From contig CAVQSY010000071.1 in NCBI GenBank assembly GCA_963716025.1, positions 16,643 to 80,642 on the forward strand: 64,000 nucleotides of DNA, written 5' to 3'. Position 1 is the first letter of the stretch; every line of letters begins with the position of its first letter. The notes under the pieces were generated by a model that made no database searches, was not told the DNA's origin, and saw only the letters and a list, made by a program, of their open reading frames with translations. The stretch comes from an uncultured Chloroflexia bacterium (lineage in GTDB: Bacteria; Chloroflexota; Limnocylindria; Limnocylindrales; CSP1-4). Shown here one piece after another: positions 17,800-27,695 of the stretch. Made by a program: the position numbers and the translations under genes.

Positions 17800-18661
17800 A
17801 TGGGACTCAAGGACGCGGTCCACTGGTCTGCGGACCTCGGCGGTGGCACCCGGGTCGCGCTCGTCCAGGCGGGCACGTTCCGCTCCGACGCGGGGGCTCT
17901 CTTCGGTCCGGCCCCGCGGGTCCTGTGGGACCGCCTCGTGACCGACGAGATCGACGACCAGCACCGCCTCCTGCAGGCGCTGAACTGCCTCATCGTGGAG
18001 ACGCCGGCCGGGCGGGTCCTCGTCGAGACGGGGATCGGTGAGCGCCTCGACGAGCGGGGACGGGCCTGGCGAGGCCTCGCCGGAGAGCCGATCGTCCCGG
18101 CCCTGGCGCGGGCCGGCTGCGACCCTGCGAGCGTCGACGTCGTCGCGATGAGCCACCTCCACTACGACCATGCCGGGGGCCTCCTGCGGGCCGACGGGTC
18201 GCGTGCGTTCCCGCGGGCCCGCATCGTCGCCCAGCGGGCAGAGTGGGAGATGGCCCTCTCCGACAACCCGCGCGTCGTCGCCTCCTACGACCAGCCGGAG
18301 CTGCGGCTCGTGCGTGCCTGGGGTGCCGAGGGCGCAGTCGACGGCGAGGTGGAGCTGGTCCCCGGCGTCACCGTGCGTGCCGACCGGCGGTCACACGGCC
18401 GGCCACCAGGCGATCCTGGTCCGGGCGCCGGGCGCCACGCTCGCGTTCTTCGGCGACATCGCGATGCGGCCGTGGTCGGCGAACCCTCGCTGGATCCCTG
18501 CCTTCGACGACTTCCCGCTCGATTCCGTGGCTCTCAAGGCGTCGCTCTTCGCCCGGGCCGCAGAGGAGCGCTGGACCGTGGTCCTGTCCCACGAGCTGCG
18601 CAAACCGGTCGGGCGACTCGTTCCCGACCGGGACCGCTTTGCATGGGAGCCGACCGCCTGA
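17800..18661 (+). CDS. MBL-fold metallo-hydrolase (YtnP-like), frameshift near 18376
   Basis: DAGALFGPAPRVLW, VLVETGIG, SHLHYDHAGG; continues in another frame as TGGHTAGHQ, FGDI, WIPAFDDFP, LSHE. Confidence 0.85.
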
Positions 18662-18836
18662 GGGACGCCTGACCGGCGCGCCCCGCCGCCGGTTTGACCC
18701 GGCTCGACGGCGCAGGTGTAGGTTGACGACAGCTCCGCGCTCGAACCGCCGTCGACGACCGCTGATCGGCCGGGCCGGTCACGCCCAACCCGACGCACTG
18801 ATCGGTTCGACGCCGCATCTTGGACGGAGGGATCGA

Positions 18837-21800
18837 ATGGTTCGGAGGCTGGCCGGCCTGTTGGTCGCCGGCGCACTTGTTGCTGCGCTGCTCCCGGGCA
18901 GCGCGGTGGCGGTCGACCCGTGAAACGGCCGGCGACGCCGCTCCCGGACAACGTCACCCAACTGAAGCTCCGCGCGCCGGTGAGCCTCTCGGGGAAGGCC
19001 GCCGCGGCGCTGAAGATCGACCAGCGCCTGAACGCGGCAACCGGAAAGCAGCGCGTCATCGTCCGCCTCTCGGCACCCCCCGCGGTCGAGTACGTCGATC
19101 TTGGAGGGGCCGCCCAGGGGGCGGCGTTCAAGACGGCGCGCGCCCAGCAGTCTCGCGTCATCGCGAGGGCCACGCAGCTCGACCCGACAGCCCGCGTGCT
19201 CGGGCGGACCGGCAAGGCGTCCAACGTCGTGATGCTGAAGGTTCGTGCCGCGAGCCTCGCGGAGCTTGCCAAGGAGCGGTCGGTCGTCTCGATCGCACCG
19301 GTGAAGGACTACACCCTCGACCTCTCGGCCACGGTGCCGTACGTCGGGGGCACGAAGGTCCAGGCCATGGGTTACCGGGGCAAGGGCGTCAAGGTCGCGA
19401 TCCTCGACTCGGGGATCGACTACACGCACGCTGCGCTCGGTGGCCCGGGCACGCTCGACGCGTTCGAGGCTGCCTATGGCGTCGCCACCGATGATCCGGC
19501 CAACACCACGCTCGACGGCCTCTTCCCGACGGCACGCGTCAAGGGAGGCTACGACTTCGTCGGCGAGTCCTGGCCCGACACGGACGAGATGCCCGACCCG
19601 GATCCGATCGACTCGCCCGATTTCGGGCACCCCGCTCGGCATCTCGATGGGCACCGACGGGGGGCACGGCACCCACGTGGCCGACATCATCGGCGGGATC
19701 CAGGGCATGGCCCCAGAAGCGAGCCTCTATGCGGTGAAGGTTTGCTCGTCCATCTCGACGTCCTGCAGCGGCGTCGCGCTCATGGAGGGCATGGACTGGG
19801 CGATGGACCCGAACGCCGACGGGTACCTCGACGACCATGTCGACATCATCAACTTGTCGCTCGGCAGCGACTACGGCACGGCCTACGACGACGACCTCTC
19901 GCTTGCTGTCGAGCGCGCCACGCACTATGCGGGGATCCTGACCGTCGCCTCCGCGGGCAATGGCGCCAACAAGCCCTATATCGTCGGGACGCCCTCCGCA
20001 GCGCCGAGCGCCCTCTCGGTTGCCCAGACTCAGGTCCCCAGCGCCAGGACGTACCCGCTCGTGGTCACGGCGCCGGCGGCCATCGCCGGCACGTATCCCA
20101 ACACTGAGACCGTCGACTGGGCGCCGGTCGGCGACGGCTTCACCGGCGATGTCGTCGCGGTCGGCCGGGGCTGCCCCGCCGGCTCGATCGACGACACGAA
20201 CCCGGACGATGCGTACCTCGCGGACCCGGCCGGCAAGGTCGCCCTTATCGACCGCGGCGCGTGCGCCATCAGCCTGAAGGTCGACCGCGCCGCCAAGGCG
20301 GGCGCGACGGCCGTCCTCCTCGGCCTCGTCGCTCCCGGCGACGCGGTGACCTTCTCGTTCGGCGGCGGCGACACGTTCGTCCCGACCGTCGTGATCCAGC
20401 AGTCCCTCTCCAGCGCTATCAAGGCCCAGCTCGCCATCCCGGCGACGGTGTCGGTGAGGATCTCGGATGCCACGTATGTGGCGCTGGCTCGCAGCCTGGC
20501 CGGCTCGTCATCGCGCGGGCCGTCGTCCGCCAATACGATCAAGCCGGAGATCGGCGCGCCCGGCGCGTCCGTCTCGGCCGTCAGCGGCAGCGGCGACGAG
20601 ACCCAGGCGTTCGGCGGCACGTCCGGCGCGGCCCCGATGGTGACCGGCGCGGCGGCGCTCCTGAAGGACGCCTTCCCGAAGCGCAGTGCGCTCGAGATCA
20701 AGGCCGTGCTCATGAACACGGCCGAGACGACCATCCACACCAACCCGGCGCTCGCACCGGGCGTCGTCGCCCCGATCACCCAGATCGGCGGGGGCGAGCT
20801 CCGCGTCAACCGCGCCCTCAAGTCGAAGATCGCGGTCTGGGATGCATCCGCCCAGAGCGCGGCCCTGTCCTTCGGGTTCGTTGACGGCTCGAAGAGCGTG
20901 ACGATCACCCGCACGCTCACGATCAAGAGCTACGTGAAGAAGGCTTGGACCATCAGGATCAAGCCGAAGTTCCGCTACGCCAACGACAAGTCCAATGGGG
21001 CGGTCACCTTCATCGCGCCCGACACCATCCGCCTGAAGGGCAAGGCGACGAAGACCGTCACGATCAAGGCCACGATCGACGCCAGCAAGCTCCGCGACTG
21101 GTCGCTCGACGGCGGGGCGAACGGCGTCAATCCCGTCCCGCTCGACCTCCTCGAGTACGACGGGTATGTCGAGTTCAATCGCCTCGGCACGAAGGCCGAC
21201 AACAAGAACCCCGTCCACGTGCCATGGCAGGTCCTGCCCCGCAAGTCGGGCGACGTCCGCGTCCCCGGCGGCACGGACGTCGCGGTCGGAGACGACGTCG
21301 CCCTCCAGAACGTGGGCGTCAACACCGCGGCCGTGGACGTCTACTCGCTCGTCGGCACCAGCCCCGATAAGCCGTCGCCGCGGCGCGGGTCGAACGCGCC
21401 CGTGATCGACCTCAAGGCCGTGGGGGTGCAGACGTATCCCGTCGACGCGGGCGACTGCGGACCCGCGAATTCCTTCATCTACCGCATCGCGGTCTCCACG
21501 TGGGACCGCCAGACCACGGCGATCGTCCCCGGCGAGATCGACGTCTACCTCGACGTCAACGAGGACGGTGATCCCGACTTCGACATCTTCTCGGCGCCGC
21601 TTTCCGCGCCCGGCCTGGGCGATGGCCGCGCCCTGACCTGGGTGTACGACTTCGCAGCGGACACGCTCGATGCGTGGTTCTTCACGGACCACGGCACGAA
21701 CGACTCCAACACGATCCTCACCTTCTGCGGCGACCAGCTCGGGCTGGACGCCGCGGCCTTCGGCTCGCCCTGGACCATGGACGTGGTGGCCTTCGACTGG

Positions 21801-22073
21801 TACTACCGCGACTACGCAGTCACCGACGTGATCGAGGGCGTCGAGGTCGCCCCGTATGCCGAGCACTTCGGCGGTGCCATCGACACCATCGACGGCGACA
21901 TCGCCGGGTCGACCACGGCCGTTCTCCCCATCGAGGACTGGAGCGGCTACCCGTACGACGTGAACCCGTCGGAGACCGGGCTGCTCCTCGTCACCAATGC
22001 CGATCGCGGCGACTACCGCGGCGGTGCTCCCAACGGACGCGAATCGATCCTGCTGACCGTCAGCGGGCGCTGA
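18837..22073 (+). CDS. Secreted S8 serine peptidase with PA domain (Vpr-like), frameshifts near 18919 and 19627
   Basis: Signal peptide MVRRLAGLLVAGALVAALLPGSAVA; VAILDSGIDY (Asp), GHGTHVADII (His), SAGN, PA domain IDRGAC, KPEIGAPG, GTSGAAPMVTG (Ser). Confidence 0.88.
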
Positions 22074-22093
22074 CCTCACGTCCCACCGACGCT

Positions 22094-22125
22094 GCGAAGG
22101 CCGGGGCCCACGCCCCGGCCTTCGC
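22094..22125. terminator. Stem-loop terminator between convergent genes
   Basis: GCGAAGGCCGGGGC-CCAC-GCCCCGGCCTTCGC, 14-bp perfect stem. Confidence 0.7.
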
Positions 22126-22198
22126 GATTCCACGTGCCGGGGCGTCCGGCGCGCCCCGGGCTTCGCGATCCCCCGCCCGGGTCCCGGCGATGTGCCGG

Positions 22199-22894
22199 TC
22201 AGGGAAGGCTGGTCGGGGGCGCCTCGGGCGCATCCAAACCGAGGAGGGCGAGGTTCGCGGCGGCGCTCTCGGGCGTGACCGGTCCCTGGACGATCGCCCG
22301 GATCACGCCGTCCCCGTCGAGGAAGTACTGCGTGGGGAGCCCGTAGACGCGGTACCGGCGGAAGACGTCGCCGGTCAGGTCTGCCGCAACCGTATAGGCG
22401 AGGGCGTACCGCTCGGCATAGGCGCGGACATCCTCCTCGGTTGCCTCCTGCACGCTGATCCCCACCACCTCCAGGCCCTGCGGCGCGTAGGCTTCCGCGA
22501 CGTCGCGGAGCGTCGGCGTCTCCGCCTGGCAGGGCGGGCACCAGCTGGCCCAGAAGTTGACCCAAACCGGGCGGCCGCGCAGGTCGGCGAGCCGGACCGG
22601 GATCCCGTCGAGGTCCCGGAGGGGCGCCGGCGCGCCGTCCGGCCCGACGATCTCGAGCTCCGGGGCGCGCTCGCCGACGCGGAGGCCCTCGCCGGGGTCC
22701 CCGACGACGTACTGGGTCGCGCGCGGGTCGCGTGGCGGCGGCGTCGCGCCGGACGGGACCAGCGGCTGGGTGGCCACCGCGAGGACGAGCGATGCGCCGA
22801 CGACCGCGACGAGCAGCGCTGCCAGCTGGCGGCCGGTGAACGGGCCGACGAGCCCGCGTCGCGTCTCGGGCGGGTCGGAGTGGGGGAGGGTCAT
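22199..22894 (-). CDS. TlpA/ResA-like thiol-disulfide oxidoreductase
   Basis: N-terminal TM segment, VWVNFWASWCPPCQAETP, YGLPTQYFLD-DG. Confidence 0.9.
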   Translation of the reverse strand: MTLPHSDPPETRRGLVGPFTGRQLAALLVAVVGASLVLAVATQPLVPSGATPPPRDPRATQYVVGDPGEGLRVGERAPELEIVGPDGAPAPLRDLDGIPVRLADLRGRPVWVNFWASWCPPCQAETPTLRDVAEAYAPQGLEVVGISVQEATEEDVRAYAERYALAYTVAADLTGDVFRRYRVYGLPTQYFLDGDGVIRAIVQGPVTPESAAANLALLGLDAPEAPPTSLP

Positions 22895-22897
22895 GCG

Positions 22898-23710
22898 CTA
22901 GATCCCGGGGGCCAGGCGCGCAAACCATGTCAGCCAGTCCATCAGCATGAAGACGCCCAGGACCGCCACGAGGACCCCGCCGATGAGGCTGACGGCGCGG
23001 CCGTGCCGGACGAGCGGCCGTACGAGAGCGGGAGCACGGTCGTAGACGGCCCCGAGGGCGAGGAAGGGGACGCCGAGGCCCAGCGTATAGGCGACGAGGA
23101 GCAGGCCGCCCTGGAGCGTCGTTCCCGACGACGCCGCAACGGTCAGGATCCCGCCGAGGATGATCCCGATGCAGGGCGTCCAGCCGACCGCGAACACGAC
23201 CCCGAGGCCGAACGAGGCGAGGATGCCGCCCCGCCGGCCGACGATCCGCCCCCCGAGGCGCCGGCCGACATCCCGTCCTCCCTCGGTCCCGGCCGCCGCG
23301 AGGGCGACCGTTCCGGACCGTTGCGCGACCGCCCCGGCTGCCCCCGCCTCCAGGGGCCTCCACGTTCGTGCGAGGACGGGGACGGGGAGGATCCCGGCGA
23401 GGTTGAGGCCGAGGAAGACGAGGAGGATGCCGCCGGCGATGCGGAGCGCGGGAAGGTGCTCGGCCAGCGGACCGCCCACGAACGTGGCCGTCACCCCAAG
23501 GGCCGTGAAGACCGCCCCGAAGCCCACGACGTAGGCGATCGCGTGACGAACCGCCAGCCAACGCGATGGCGTGGCCTGGGTGCGGCCCACCACGGCGACG
23601 ACCGTGAGCTGGCCGAGGTACGCCGGAACGAGCGGCAGCACGCACGGCGACAGGAAGCTGATGACGCCCGCGCCGAAGGCGAGGAGGAGCGTGAGCTCCG
23701 ACGAGTCCAT
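22898..23710 (-). CDS. ccdA: Cytochrome c biogenesis protein CcdA
   Basis: AGVISFLSPCVLPLVPAYL and AVGWTPCIG motifs; six TM segments. Confidence 0.9.
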   Translation of the reverse strand: MDSSELTLLLAFGAGVISFLSPCVLPLVPAYLGQLTVVAVVGRTQATPSRWLAVRHAIAYVVGFGAVFTALGVTATFVGGPLAEHLPALRIAGGILLVFLGLNLAGILPVPVLARTWRPLEAGAAGAVAQRSGTVALAAAGTEGGRDVGRRLGGRIVGRRGGILASFGLGVVFAVGWTPCIGIILGGILTVAASSGTTLQGGLLLVAYTLGLGVPFLALGAVYDRAPALVRPLVRHGRAVSLIGGVLVAVLGVFMLMDWLTWFARLAPGI

Positions 23711-23991
23711 CAGGGGTACGCCTCGTCGAGGAAGTCACGGACCGGCCCGAGGCGGAACGCGAGCGGGAGCCTCCGACCTGCGACCTCGAGAACCGGCACC
23801 TGCTCGGCGAGCTCCCGGTGCGCGAGGGGGTCGTCGGCGATCCGCCGCACGACGAGCCGCGGGACCGGCTGCCCGGAGGCGGTGCGCTCGGCGAGCAGCT
23901 GGTTCACGAGGGCCGCCGTGTCCTCGCACAGGTGGCAGCCGTCGGAGCGCCACAGCACGAGGTCGGGGAGGGGGATCGAGGACCGCTCCAT
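23710..23991 (-). CDS. Glutaredoxin-like protein (DUF836 family), probably leaderless
   Basis: LVLWRSDGCHLCED...QVPVL. TACAAT lies 6 nt before ATG 23991. Confidence 0.78.
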   Translation of the reverse strand: MERSSIPLPDLVLWRSDGCHLCEDTAALVNQLLAERTASGQPVPRLVVRRIADDPLAHRELAEQVPVLEVAGRRLPLAFRLGPVRDFLDEAYP

Positions 23992-24081
23992 CGATCGATT
24001 GTAGGGTGAGTCGTCGCGGGAGCCGCCGGCGTGGGCAACGGAAGCGGGCGGGTGAGCCGTCGCTGCGAGGAGTGCCGGCGC

Positions 24082-24109
24082 TTGCCGCGTCACCTCGACC
24101 GGGTACGAT
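24082..24109 (+). promoter_or_regulatory. tRNA promoter TTGCCG-N16-TACGAT
   Basis: Hexamers at 24082-24087 and 24104-24109, directly upstream of the tRNA. Confidence 0.55.
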
Positions 24110-24118
24110 GAGGGCCGC

Positions 24119-24194
24119 GCCCCCGTAGCTCAGTGGATAGAGCGCAGCCGTCCTAAGGCTGGCGTCGGCGGTTCGAATCCGTCCGGGGGCGCCA
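24119..24194 (+). tRNA. tRNA-Arg (anticodon CCT)
   Basis: Acceptor GCCCCCG/CGGGGGC plus G-CCA, D-arm GCTC-AGTGGATA-GAGC with A20, anticodon arm CAGCC-GTCCTAA-GGCTG, T-loop TTCGAAT. Confidence 0.95.
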
Positions 24195-24219
24195 GAACGC
24201 CGCGCCCGACATCGCGACT

Positions 24220-24705
24220 TCAGGTGGCGGCGGACCCGTCTCGCCCGGCCGGCTCACGCTCCGCGTATGTAACGCTCTCGAAGGGCCACTCGGCCTCGAG
24301 CCAGGCGCTGACGGCGCGCCACAGCGGGACGTCGAGCTCGGCGCGGCTGGCGCGCACCCACGACAGGACCATTGCGCTGCGCGGCGCATCTGGGATGGCG
24401 TAGATGTACACGCAGCCGATGACGTCGGCCGTGACCGGATCGAGCACGGTGTAGGTGAACCCGCGCCTGCTCTCGAAGTCATCCGCGTGACGGCGGAGAT
24501 CGCGCATGTTGTCGGTGGCGGAGCGCCCGTCCGGCCACCGTTCGTCCGCCCATCCCGGCGTACGGTGGATGTGCTCGACCGACGAGGTCCAGGCCGTGTA
24601 GTCGGCGTCGTTGTGTTGGGGCCCGAGCGGCTCAAGATGGAAGAGCGGCGTCTCGAGGGACGACGGCGCGACGAAGTCCGGCGGCACGAAGGAGGCGGGA
24701 TTCAC
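24220..24705 (-). CDS. GNAT (RimJ/L-like) N-acetyltransferase
   Basis: FVPPDFVAP-LET-FHLEPLGPQHN-ADY-AWTSS...RRGFTYTVLD...GCVYIY...WLEAEWPF. Confidence 0.75.
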   Translation of the reverse strand: MNPASFVPPDFVAPSSLETPLFHLEPLGPQHNDADYTAWTSSVEHIHRTPGWADERWPDGRSATDNMRDLRRHADDFESRRGFTYTVLDPVTADVIGCVYIYAIPDAPRSAMVLSWVRASRAELDVPLWRAVSAWLEAEWPFESVTYAEREPAGRDGSAAT

Positions 24706-24868
24706 GGCGGGATCATGGCAGCCCGCCGACGATGCCGCAATTCGGCTGAGCGGCTGGTCGTCGGTCGTCCCGGGGGTGCCAGCCCGTGCTCCCGGAGCCG
24801 CTCGTCCCGGCGCCCAGCACGGCATGCAGTAGCCTTCAGCGTCGGCTGACAGGCTGAGGGGAACGGAC

Positions 24869-25828
24869 ATGCGCGCATCGGTCGCGGTCGAGGACGGCCA
24901 CGTCCCGGAGCTGCTCGAGGCGTTTCGGCTGGGCAGGACGGGCCGCCTCTCCGACGGCCCGGTGGCAGAGGGTCGCGTCGGATCCATCTGGCGCCTGGAC
25001 ACGGAGCTCGGCAGCTGGGTGGTCAAGCCCGTGGCCGGCGATCTCGGCCCGGAGGGCCAGGCGGCGCTCGAGGAGACCAGCGCGTTCCAGGAGGCCGCCT
25101 GGCGCGACGGGGTCCCGACACCCGAGGTCCGCCGGACGCAAGCCGGGGAGGTGGTCGGGGACCTGGGCGACCTCCGGGTGACCGTCCTGTCCTGGGTGGA
25201 CCTGGCGGGGCCGGATCGAAGCCTGGACCCGGTGGCGCTGGGGAGCCTGCTCGCCCGACTCCACCAGGTCGATTACGCGGGAACGCGCGGGCTCCACCCG
25301 TGGTACTCGGATCCGGTGGGCGCGACGACGTGGCATGCGCTCGTCGACGAGCTGCGCCGCCGGGCCGCGCCGTTCGGGGACGAGATCGCGGCCCTGGTGC
25401 CGGAGTTGATCGCGATGGAGTCGCTGCTGGGCCGGCCGCCGCGGTCGACGCGGACGTCCCACAGGGACCTGTGGGCCGACAACCTGCGGGCCACGCCGGA
25501 CGGCGGGCTGTGCCTCATCGACTTCGACGACGCCGGCCTCGCGGACCCGAGCCAGGAGCTCGCCCTCATCCTCGTGGAGTTCGCAGGCGATGACGCCGCT
25601 CGGGCCCGTGCGATCCGCGAGGCCTATGCCGAGGCCGGGGGTCCGGGTCGGATCCTGGGGCCGACCGACTTCGCCATGCCGGTCGCCGCCCTGTGCCACA
25701 TCCTGGAGACGGGCTGCAGCCGGTGGCTGGCTGCGACGACGGACGACGAGCGGGCCGACAACGAGGGCTGGGTGCGGGACTTCCTCGACGAGCCTCTGAC
25801 CCGGGACGCGATCGAGCGCCTGCTCTGA
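24869..25828 (+). CDS. Aminoglycoside-phosphotransferase-like (APH/ChoK) kinase
   Basis: WVVK, LARLH, SHRDLWADNL, LIDFDDAG-ADP-QELA. Confidence 0.8.
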   Translation: MRASVAVEDGHVPELLEAFRLGRTGRLSDGPVAEGRVGSIWRLDTELGSWVVKPVAGDLGPEGQAALEETSAFQEAAWRDGVPTPEVRRTQAGEVVGDLGDLRVTVLSWVDLAGPDRSLDPVALGSLLARLHQVDYAGTRGLHPWYSDPVGATTWHALVDELRRRAAPFGDEIAALVPELIAMESLLGRPPRSTRTSHRDLWADNLRATPDGGLCLIDFDDAGLADPSQELALILVEFAGDDAARARAIREAYAEAGGPGRILGPTDFAMPVAALCHILETGCSRWLAATTDDERADNEGWVRDFLDEPLTRDAIERLL

Positions 25829-25979
25829 GGGCATCCCGGGGCCCCAGGGTGGCGTGAGCCGGATCCGGCTCCCAGGCAACGCACCCCCGTCGTCGAGGAC
25901 GCCTCCGGGCGATTCTGCCGCCGACGGAGAGGGTGGATCGACCGCGGGGCCAGGGAGCCTGCGTCGTCGCCCTGCCGGG

Positions 25980-26741
25980 CTAGGGCCCGGGAGTGTCGCC
26001 GGAGGGGCGGGAGAAGGCCAGGAGCAGGCCGGGGAGGATGGCGCCGGCCATCTCGTTGGGGTCCCCGTCCCCTTCATCGAGAAGGGCCCGGCGGACGCTG
26101 TGCCGGGTGATCCCGAGGATCGCGTCGGTCAGGATCGACGGCTCGACGAGGATTTCCCGCCCGTTCCGCCGCATCGCGTGCGTGATGAACGCCGTGACCC
26201 GCTGGCGGAGTCGCTCGTTGATCGAGAGGAATCGTCCGGCGAGGTCCGGACGGCGGATGGCATAGATCTCGAGCTCGGCCTGGATGAGCGACAGCTCGCG
26301 ATCGATGGGCACGGCAAGGAGCACCCGGTCGATGATGGCCTGCAGGACCGTCGCCAGGTCCACCGCGGCCGCGATCTCGGCCTCCACCCCGGCGAACATC
26401 GCGTCGAGCCCATCCAGGAGCCGGTTCTGCTCTCGCTCGACGAGCGCGCCGATCACGTCCTCCTTGTCCGCGAAGTTGGAGTAGAACGCCCCCCGCGTGT
26501 AGCCGGCGCGCTCGCAGATGTCCTCGACGGTCCCGCCGATCACGCCACGCTCGGCGAACACCTCCCGTGCCGCGTCCAGCACCCGCTGGCGGGTCGCCTC
26601 CCGCCGCGGGCTCCGAGCGGCGTCGCCGCCCGCGGGCGCCGGGGTGGCCCCGGACGCCGGGTCGGCCCCGGGCGCCGGGGGCGTCGGCTCCAGCTCCATC
26701 GTCGACACCGCCCGGCCGCCGGGATGCTGCTCTCGCCCCAT
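25980..26741 (-). CDS. TetR/AcrR family transcriptional regulator
   Basis: TRQRVLDAAREVFAERG...TVEDICERAGYTRGAFYSNFADKE. Start is 26741 or 26699. Confidence 0.9.
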   Translation of the reverse strand: MGREQHPGGRAVSTMELEPTPPAPGADPASGATPAPAGGDAARSPRREATRQRVLDAAREVFAERGVIGGTVEDICERAGYTRGAFYSNFADKEDVIGALVEREQNRLLDGLDAMFAGVEAEIAAAVDLATVLQAIIDRVLLAVPIDRELSLIQAELEIYAIRRPDLAGRFLSINERLRQRVTAFITHAMRRNGREILVEPSILTDAILGITRHSVRRALLDEGDGDPNEMAGAILPGLLLAFSRPSGDTPGP

Positions 26742-26762
26742 CCGCTCCGGACCTCCGATCCC

Positions 26763-26814
26763 GATACATGGGCGTATCCGATACGTTGACGTATCGGATA
26801 CGTGATCGTACCGT
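26763..26814. promoter_or_regulatory. Triple TetR-type operator array overlapping the MMPL promoter
   Basis: GATAC-N6-GTA(T/C)C at 26763, 26780 and 26797 (17-bp period), including a perfect 14-bp-arm inverted repeat at 26773-26802. TTGACG (26786)-N17-TACCGT (26809). Confidence 0.8.
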
Positions 26815-26898
26815 ACTGGGTGCTGCGGGCTGCCGCAACCCAGCGTCCCATCCGATACCACGCCGGGCCCGCCGCGCGCTCGGCCGGGAGAGGGACCG

Positions 26899-27684
26899 AT
26901 GTTCGAGCGCCTGGGATCCGCCACGTACCGCTTCCGCTTCCTGATCGTCGCCGGATGGGTCGCAGGCGGTCTCGCGTGCGCGTTGCTCGCGCCGTCGCTG
27001 GCGGGCTCCGGATCCACGGACCAGGCCTCGTTCCTGCCCGCGTCGGCCCCGTCCGTCCAGGCTCGCGACGCGCTGGAGCGGGCGTTCCCCGGCAGCACCT
27101 CGGCCTCGTCGGCCACGGTCACCTTCGAGCGGCCCGGCGGGCTCACCGACGCGGACCGCGCGTTCCGGGATGTGTTTGCCGCGTGGACCACGAGCGCAGA
27201 GGCCCCGGGCGAGCTCCGGGTTGCCGTCACCGGCACCGAGACGGCGGACTCACGCCCGGAGCTCGTGTCCATGCTCCGCAGCGAGGATGGCCAGCTCGAG
27301 CTGCTGGTCGTGAACCTGGATGTCGAGAGCGCGGGAGATGCGGCCGGCATCGTCGTGGAGCAGCTGCGCGAGCAGCTCGCCGCCACCGCGCCGGCGGGCC
27401 TCGAGATGCACGTCACCGGAACGGCCGCGATCAGCGCGGACTATCTCGAGGCAGTCCGGGCCGGCACGGACAGCACGACGCTGGTCACGGTCCTCCTCGT
27501 CCTGGTCATCCTGCTGGCGATCTACCGCGCCCCGCTCGCGGCGCTGGTCCCGCTCGTCACCATCGGGTCGGCGTTCGTCGTCTCGCGGGGGGTCCTCGGC
27601 TTCCTGGCCATGCTCGGCTGGCAGGTCTCGTCGCTCCTCGACACGTTCCTCGTCGTGCTCGTGTTCGGCGTCGGGACGGACTAA
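26899..27684 (+). pseudogene. MMPL family transporter, N-terminal part (truncated at the GVGTD motif)
   Basis: MFERLGSATYRFRFLIVAGW, HVTGTAAISAD, LLAIYRAPLAALVPL, VFGVGTD then stop where Y-x-x-F-L-x-x-R-x-x-E-E is expected. Confidence 0.75.
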
Positions 27685-27695
27685 TCGCCGACGAG

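Noticed and set aside
24172-24194. attL/attR of an active integrative element at tRNA-Arg
   Set aside because: No second copy of the tRNA 3' end and no integrase seen in the window.
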